Positions 6,549-12,905 of a stretch of DNA of 12,905 nucleotides are shown in pieces. Numbering within the stretch: position 1 is the first letter of the stretch; each line of letters begins with the position of its first letter. The stretch covers positions 1 to 12,905 of the forward strand of contig JBHGNT010001017.1 of the NCBI GenBank assembly GCA_043228905.1, in the 5' to 3' direction. This stretch comes from Azolla caroliniana (taxonomy: Eukaryota > Plantae > Polypodiophyta). The notes beneath the pieces are model-generated. The model saw only the letters and a list, made by a program, of their open reading frames with translations. It was not told the origin of the DNA and did no database searches. The translations under genes and the position numbers were made by a program.

Positions 6549-9500
6549 GTGAGTAACTTCACCAAGAAAGAGAGAAAGAAAGATATATTAACGTCTTTTA
6601 AGAGGTCAAAATGGGCCAAACAAGATATTGCATCTTAAGTGTTGTCTTGTCTTTGAGAACAACAAATCAAAATAAAATAAATGTTACTAAGTAAGCATAA
6701 AAATAATAAGATAAAAAGAGACTAAAGAAACGTGTTATCGGCACTGTTTGATTCTCAAGTCAGATATGTTGTAGCTTTTGTCTTCGAAATATCTCTAGCA
6801 TAGGTTGATCCAGAACGGAGAGGTCTCTGAAGCGAGGGAAGCACCTGTGATAGTGGGAGATAATGACCTTTATTAAGGGCTGAATCAGTCCAAGAGGCTA
6901 ATGTATAATATAATGATGTTCATGTCCTGATTGATATATGAAAATAGGAAATGGACGGGGTGAAAACTATATATTGATGATTGGGGCTCTTATAAACATT
7001 ACTATTTTGCTTATACTTTTCAAGTATTTCAACAGGCTGACTCAAATAATGTGATATCATCAAAATGATTTTTAGTGCCTCTAGAGTATCAAGGCCTCTG
7101 TTCCTATCGCATCCCTTATCTAGTTTAGTTGGAAATAGAGAAATGTAAGTTGGAGTCAAGGTGGATTGAAGAAGCTAATTATATATAGGCTCAGATGGTA
7201 ATTATAATTGTAATATCTTTTTATGGCAATGTGACTTGGTAACTGGGCATCTTAGTGCCTTCAATCTGGATAGTGTGTGATTGGGGAGGAGACATTAATC
7301 TGTTCTTTTTTTTGCAGAATGATAATAAATTTCAATGGAAATCAAATGATCCAAATGTGGCATCACATCTTGATGTGCAGTTCCAAGCCATTAAAGGTGA
7401 GAGAGAGTGAGGGAAATGAAACAAATGAGATGAAACTTTATTTGTTAACATCTTCCAAAGGACAAAATGACCTCTGAATCAAAATAATTCACATGTATTT
7501 ATACTTAAGATTTGTCTATTCATACTTAGATTCATTTACAGCCATGGATGTTCTGTGGGTTTACTTGGAACAATTGGGTCTCCATATATATCACTTCAAA
7601 GAGTCACTGGAATTCAGTGGTGCATCTTTTGAATAAACTAATTACTAGATGGATTGATTCTTCTCTAAGAGAAGGAACAGAATTGGTTGAGATTCAGCTG
7701 GAGATACTATAGATAAATTGAAAAATCACATGCTTACTAGGAAATCTATTTGTTCATCACAGATTAAACAAAATCGAGATCGAATAATATGTAGGGACCT
7801 GTCTGATCCAAACCACTGTCTGATGATAAGAACAATAAAGGAAAGACGCTGTTCCTAGCTGGCCTGCCCTTGGATAATTGAAGAAATGCTTGACCGTAAT
7901 ACATCCGTTGGTTAGAGTCTGCCACTTCTAATTCTTGGTACTGAGTATGCAAGTGACACGAAGTATGCTTTCGCCAGAGTCCTATGTAGGCCTCTATAGA
8001 TTGACATCAATATCCTTCTTCGTAAGGTGCCTAGTTGAGTGTGTTTGCTTATACAGAATGGAGCTCTGGATCCATCGATGCAATCTTTGCTTATATTGGA
8101 AAGAACCGTGCATCTGAGGGCGATCAAGCTGAATGACAATCAACTAGGTTCACCTGAACAGGATGCCACACAAGTGCTTTCAAATCTGGTGTTTGACTGG
8201 AGTCCTCAGTCCTGGGTGTGTCAAATCTCGCAGCTTTACCTAGAAACATTTCATTTGGAACCCATCATTCATTAATTGTGTAAGTTAGTAAAACAAACTA
8301 TCAGAGCATGATGTTCAAGAGGGGCTAGTTAAGGTCATCCTACTACCACATTGCTGACATTTTCATAACCAAACATCAACACTAGCATCTCTCTGTGCTA
8401 TGATTTTTTAGCTATCTCAATTTTCAATGTCCTAGAACCAATAAAAGCTGCACAACCTGACATATACCTCAGAAATTTCATTAGTTCTAAAGGTTTTAAT
8501 ATGCTTCTAAAAATTTGGGTGTTTTTAAGCACAGTCTAATAACCCAATATTTGAATGATGGAAAACAATGTTCCTTACTTGGATGGGTACTCCTCTGCCA
8601 TCTGAAAAATGCAAAGTATGTATGGTTATAAGTGAGTTGTTAATATGCAGGTCTTCGAGCCAATAAAGAGAATCCCAAATTTAAAAAGGCTCTATTAAAT
8701 ATGGGGAAGGATGAGGAGATGAAGGTAAATTGAAATTTGAATCTTAACTGCAATCTTATTACGATTTTTTGTTTACAAGATACTGGCAAATGGGAAGAAT
8801 GATGTTATGATTGTAAAACGTTATGTCAAGAAATGTTACTAAGCTCTTTCCTTTTCCTGCTATAACATCCCTAAGCTATGGTATAGTTGTTCCTCTCTTA
8901 TGTTAATCAATACTTAAGGCAGACACTTACTATTTTGATATTTGAATGCAAAGAGGTTAAGGAAAAACATTACCTTCATGATATGAATTGATGGAATCGC
9001 TTGGATGTTGGAATGCTTTCTAACTGCTACATCAATTGGTTGTATTCACCTACTCTTTGTGGTGAAATTAACATGTTAAACTTCCACTAACTAACACAAG
9101 TTTGGTGCATTCAAAGTCTTGCCGCTGCTAATCCACCTATATGTTTCCCAAACTCTCTCTTTTGTTGTATCTAATAGCTCCTTTGTCTTGAGATAGTTGG
9201 CAAGTAGAATTTCAATGTCACTTGAAACAACCAACTTGAACAAGGGTTAGAGTTGGGAGGGAATGATTTTTTTTCTAATTGTCTGATCATCCTGAAGCTA
9301 GGATTGCAGTCTCCTTAGCAAGCATATAATCATTTTTTATAAAATTTTCTAAGTAGGTTTTAATAATAATTTTCTTGAAATGTGCAGGAAGGATATCTTT
9401 TTGAGTTCAATAACTTTGCGGACCGAGATGAATGTCGCAATCTTGTCGGTATAACTTATCTCACTCTTGGGATGTAGGAGGTGGTGTATAATGTTTTAAT

Positions 9501-12500
9501 AGAGGATGAATGAAAGAAAGGTTACATCATGAAAAGGAAGAAAACTCAATTTACTCTAGTCTCGTTAGATTGCACTATAATTTAGTCTCGTTGAAGGTGT
9601 TTTTTTGCAGGTAGAACTTTTAATTTTCTTTGTGTAATTGAGCTCTTGTCATCTTTGTTACTGAGAACTCATAGGGGCTGTTATGCAGCAAAAATTTTGC
9701 AGAAATATCAACTGGAGGGTGGATCCAAACTACCATCAGAAGGGCAATCAAAACCTTCACTTGCAGAACCTGCATTTCCTACAGAACAACTTAATCGCAA
9801 AGAAATGGATAGAAGGATGAAACTTTTGAGTGAGGACATGTAAACTGCTGCTCTAGTTTGTACTTTATTATTTATACATGATAAAATCTTATTTCTTTAA
9901 TTGTATGCTAATTAATGGCCACACATTTTGACTTGTTTAATAATGAATGTACTAGTGCAGAGGTTATCAAAATGAATTACTTGGTTTTGATGATAGAATA
10001 TCAAAAGAGAATATTTCTACTTCACCTTTTCCTATAGCTATGAAATCCATTTGTGATGGGATATTAAAGTGAGTGACTATTTTGTATAGAAAAACATTGA
10101 CTTTTTAGAGGTGATCTAGGGAACTGCAGAAACTACATCAACAACTTGTTATAAATGGAGTTATTTCTGAGGCTGATTTTTGGGCTGCAAGAAAGGTGCT
10201 CCCCTTATCTTTGATGCAACAGATAACTGTGAACATGGGATTACCATTAAAGCTTACTAACCGCAGTTGTTGTACTCAGACACATGATGAAGATGCATTA
10301 AAGTTCCAGAAACAAAGAGTGGGTTTGAAGAGTGCAATGCTCACAGATGTCCGACCTATCCACGATGGTCGAGTAAGTTACTCTGTGAAAACATAGCATC
10401 CTTCTATGCATTCTTTAAGATTAGTAACATCTTGATTTTTACCATGCAGACGAACAAAGTAACCTTCAATTTGACGTCAGATATCATCCACCAGGTAAAT
10501 AATATCACACTTGCAAAGTAGCACTGATTATGGAGCCCTAAAATGGGCATAAAGTTTTATTAAAAGTACTAGTTTTCAAATTCTATCATGGATAAGTTTC
10601 CCATAACTCTATACCATGAGTCTATTATACATAAGAAGCCAGACGTGGGCTATAGTGTCACTCTACAAGTAGCCCCTGTTAGTCAAAGAGAAAGAGAGTT
10701 GCCCCTAGATTAGAGGGAATGTATGGAGCAGCTCTACCCAAATTATTGCCAAGGTTTCTGTCATGGATGATTTTTCTCCATGAAGATTGTGAGTGTATTC
10801 GGGCTTCCAAATGTAGGATAGAAAAAAGTCTAGAGGAGAAAGAAATATTATATTAAACATCTCTAAAGAAGGCTATGGTGGCCAACAAGACTATCTATCA
10901 GGCTGGTCTGGTTTGGTTCTGTTCGGCTTGACTGGAGCTGAATTTAACCATTTCAAACTGAACCATTTTTTTAGCATTAATATGAACTTACCTGAGCCAA
11001 GTTAAGTTGTCAAACCATTTAAACTGGAAGTGTTTTAGTCAAACTGTTTAGTCTATACTAAAACTTGAACAAAAGAAATGAATATAAAAAGGAACATAAA
11101 CCAAACTGTTTGAGTGATGAATCCATTAAGCCATTAAACCAAACTCAAAACTATTAAATGATTAAACCATTAGAGCAAACATGGAACCCATAAACCATTA
11201 AACTGAAAGTAAACATATGTGCATGTATTCAATTTAACATGAACTTAGGAAAAAAACAGAAACTTTCTCATAATCACATGAATGAGTGAAGTGAAATGTA
11301 GCTATTCATGAAGCAAAGAGAATTCTGCACATTTTAGCACTGAAGCAAAATACAAACTTGAGCACATCCAAATCTAAATTAATGTTTGTTTTTTCAAAGT
11401 TTCTACCATGATTATCACTTAAAATAAAATCTAATCTCTGAAATTTCGTAGCCAAATCCTCCAAAGTTATACTTAAATCTTCATATGCTTTGTGAAAGTC
11501 ATCAGGTATTGACACATTAGGTTATGACACATTAGGTTATTCTAAGATTCCATTTGTGGAAATTCCAAAAACTAAAAGTCTAATAGATGAACTGTATGAA
11601 ACCATTAAGGCAAGTGGAACCAGGCTAGAAACTGCTAAACCATTTTAGTTTGGAGCTGAACTAACTTGAACCCTATAGCTTTAAGGCAAACTGAACCAAG
11701 CAGAACTGGAAGAAAGAGTGAAACTTAAAAAAACCAAACTGAGCTAGCATTTTGAAACTGATAAGCCATTTAGCTGTGGCTTAATGGTTCATTTCGGCTC
11801 AAGCAGAACTAGGGCTGATGGCTATATGAGACCCATACTTGTTACAATCATGGTATCATTTGATATCTGATCAAAGCTCTGTGAGCTGAGCTATACGAAC
11901 AAAGTAATCTAGTAAGCAAATGCTATTATATGAAAAAGAAATGAACTGTGATCTTTGTGAGAAGAAGAGAGAACAGCATTACCACCAATGATAGTTTTCA
12001 TCACAAGAACACCATGAATGAAGAACAAAAGATAAGGAGATGTCTCAACTCAGGTGATTCTTGGCCATGCTGCTGCTGTGCCATAAGGGAACCTGCTTTT
12101 TGCTCTATAGAAGCTTGTATAGTTTGTACGAGTGGGTTGCATGTATTGTGTTTGAGATTCAAGCATGTGCTTTGTATTCATAGCTACAAGGCAGTCAGCA
12201 CAGATTCATCCACTGTCAATTATCTCATGTATTTTCTGGGAATTTCTCTATTTATACCAGAAGTATGATGTGAAGATTAGGACAAATTTCAATACTGTCT
12301 AATATGAGCAGGTCCTGAATCAAGATATCAATCTGTTTATGTGCGATATAATGATCTTGGACACAATGCTTGAATGACTGTTCTGAAAGGAGTTGGTCTA
12401 ATACAAGTGAAGGGTTCTGTCTATGAGTGCTACAAAAAGAAGATAAGGGTTTTGATAAATCAGTGAACGTTTTCCATTGGAAATCTTATAACTATATTAA

Positions 12501-12665
12501 AAAAATTCTTATAATTACAATTGATGGCCTAGGTTAATAGTTATATCAAGGCTTTTACCCTTAGGTCCGTTTATGTGTTTTTAATTTCTACCTTATATAC
12601 ATGCACAGATATTTGCAGAAAAGCCGGCAGTACATAGAGCGTTTCTTTCAAATGTTCCATCAAAG
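6468..12665 (+). CDS. TFB1: General transcription and DNA repair factor IIH subunit TFB1 / p62 (GTF2H1), 5' part; 9 coding exons, continues past the window end
   Basis: join(6468-6548,7318-7396,8651-8724,9388-9448,9689-9839,10120-10195,10280-10372,10450-10494,12609-12665) = 717 nt. All introns are GT-AG, phases are compatible, and there are no stops: MDNVMMTVRAKFLTTPKSPGFPGVLMLNDNKFQWKSNDPNVASHLDVQFQAIKGLRANKENPKFKKALLNMGKDEEMKEGYLFEFNNFADRDECRNLVAKILQK...EQLNRKEMDRRMKLLSEDMELQKLHQQLVINGVISEADFWAARKTHDEDALKFQKQRVGLKSAMLTDVRPIHDGRTNKVTFNLTSDIIHQIFAEKPAVHRAFLSNVPSK. This is collinear with plant TFB1 as I recall it (PGxPG, NDP, IFEF, ELQxLHxQ, EFWAxRK, DGRTNxVTFNLT, QIFAEKPAV). Confidence 0.93.
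6564..7160 (-). mobile_element. Probable degenerate LINE 3' fragment (ORF2 end, AT-rich 3' UTR, TTTC tail) antisense in TFB1 coding intron 1
   Basis: The minus strand reads HYHRCFPRFRDLSVLDQPMLEIFRRQKLQHI* (~6760-6855), loosely like the C-terminus of fern RTE-type ORF2 as I recall it. An AT-rich UTR follows, then the 28-mer shared with 1930-1957 and a TTTCTTTCTCTCTTTCTT tail. The 5' limit is a guess. Confidence 0.4.
7318..7396 (+). CDS. TFB1: TFB1 coding exon 2
   Basis: TTTTTTGCAG| NDNKFQWKSNDPNVASHLDVQFQAIK(G) |GTGAGA; phase 0 to 1. Confidence 0.9.
7770..8270 (-). mobile_element. Possible highly decayed LINE ORF2 C-terminal (zinc-knuckle) remnant
   Basis: GC-elevated island in an AT-rich intron. 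Minus-strand peptide pieces across frameshifts occur in the expected order: PYEE..CQ, FV..C, YQE.R, FFNYP. Weak, by-eye similarity only. Confidence 0.25.
8651..8724 (+). CDS. TFB1: TFB1 coding exon 3
   Basis: ATGCAG| (G)LRANKENPKFKKALLNMGKDEEMK |GTAAAT; phase 1 to 0. Confidence 0.85.
9388..9448 (+). CDS. TFB1: TFB1 coding exon 4
   Basis: TGTGCAG| EGYLFEFNNFADRDECRNLV |GTATAA; phase 0 to 1. Confidence 0.9.
9689..9839 (+). CDS. TFB1: TFB1 coding exon 5 (linker, start of BSD1)
   Basis: TTATGCAG| (A)KILQKYQ...EQLNRKEMDRRMKLLSED |GTAAAC; phase 1 to 2. An in-frame upstream acceptor exists at 9610. Confidence 0.85.
10120..10195 (+). CDS. TFB1: TFB1 coding exon 6 (BSD1)
   Basis: CTAG| (M)ELQKLHQQLVINGVISEADFWAARK |GTGCTC. 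Contains the BSD FW motif; phase 2 to 0. Confidence 0.9.
10280..10372 (+). CDS. TFB1: TFB1 coding exon 7
   Basis: TACTCAG| THDEDALKFQKQRVGLKSAMLTDVRPIHDGR |GTAAGT; phase 0. Confidence 0.88.
10450..10494 (+). CDS. TFB1: TFB1 coding exon 8
   Basis: CATGCAG| TNKVTFNLTSDIIHQ |GTAAAT; phase 0. Confidence 0.92.
10899..11817. mobile_element. Non-autonomous DNA transposon (hAT/MITE-like) in TFB1 coding intron 8
   Basis: Ends CAG...CTG with imperfect inverted terminal regions (left GTTCGGCTTGActggaGCTGAATTTAACCATT versus the right-end reverse complement GTTCTGCTTGAGCCGAAATGAACCATT). Many subterminal AAACCATT / AACTGAACC motifs (e.g. 11012, 11164, 11192, 11599, 11637) flank an AT-rich core. The 8-bp flanks CTATCTAT / ATGGCTAT match only 5/8. 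Confidence 0.55.
11990..12270 (+). mobile_element. Possible decayed LINE ORF2 C-terminal CCHC zinc-knuckle remnant
   Basis: MSQLR*...LLC..G, followed in the adjacent frame by EACIVCTSG...KHVLC..YK. This resembles the AQLRxxSHxLxxExGR...CxxCxxxxxExExHxxxxCxxY motif of RTE-type LINE ORF2. Confidence 0.3.
12609..12665 (+). CDS. TFB1: TFB1 coding exon 9 (BSD2 start)
   Basis: ATGCACAG| IFAEKPAVHRAFLSNVPSK |GTAAAT; phase 0. The next exon lies outside the window. Confidence 0.92.
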
Positions 12666-12905
12666 GTAAATTATTCACTGAAGTCATATGGATATGCTTT
12701 GAAGATTGTGTCTGGCTTTTTAGGTATGGAAAAGAGTGTTCGTTGTAGAATAGATTTGAGGTTCCATTGTGAAAATTTAATTACAGTTTTTTTATTTTCT
12801 GCATATTGAAGATTCCAACTATTTGGGACTTTGTTTATATATCTTAGAACAGGGATAATTCCTTATTTCGTTGAAGTTACTCATTGTTTCCCAAACTCAG
12901 TTTTG

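Noticed and set aside
7820-7880. KTLFLAGLPLD resembling an RRM RNP2 motif
   Set aside because: It is immediately followed by stops, with no RNP1 and no supporting exon structure.
9449-9460. U12-type intron (GTATAACTT)
   Set aside because: It does not match the strict GTATCCTT donor, and no TCCTTAAC branch site is visible.
10100-10119. Alternative acceptors at 10108 and 10110 for exon 6
   Set aside because: 10108 shifts the frame and 10110 gives an immediate TGA. Only 10119 preserves the TFB1 frame.

Overview
Eukaryotic land-plant nuclear DNA. The long, retroelement-laden introns suggest a fern or another seed-free vascular plant, but this is inference. The left ~4.4 kb is a decayed LTR-retrotransposon nest: a frameshifted Ty3/gypsy (Athila-like) pol fragment (1-1169, +), a ~1.5 kb minus-strand LTR-like element (1170-2704), a second short minus-strand LTR-like element (~3225-3699), and the 3' end of a Ty1/copia element (RNase H, PPT, 3' LTR; 3700-4430, +). 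The right ~8 kb is the 5' part of a spliced gene for the TFIIH p62 subunit (TFB1/GTF2H1). Nine coding exons (6468-12665) splice by GT-AG rules into an open 239-aa frame covering the PH-like domain, BSD1 and the start of BSD2, and the gene continues beyond the window. Its introns carry probable LINE 3'-end remnants and a hAT/MITE-like element. I found no convincing new biological system. The best leads are a conserved retroposon 3' end present twice in opposite orientation, in-frame alternative or recursive splice options in TFB1, and a possible head-to-head antisense transcript. All homology statements come from motif recognition and memory, not database searches.
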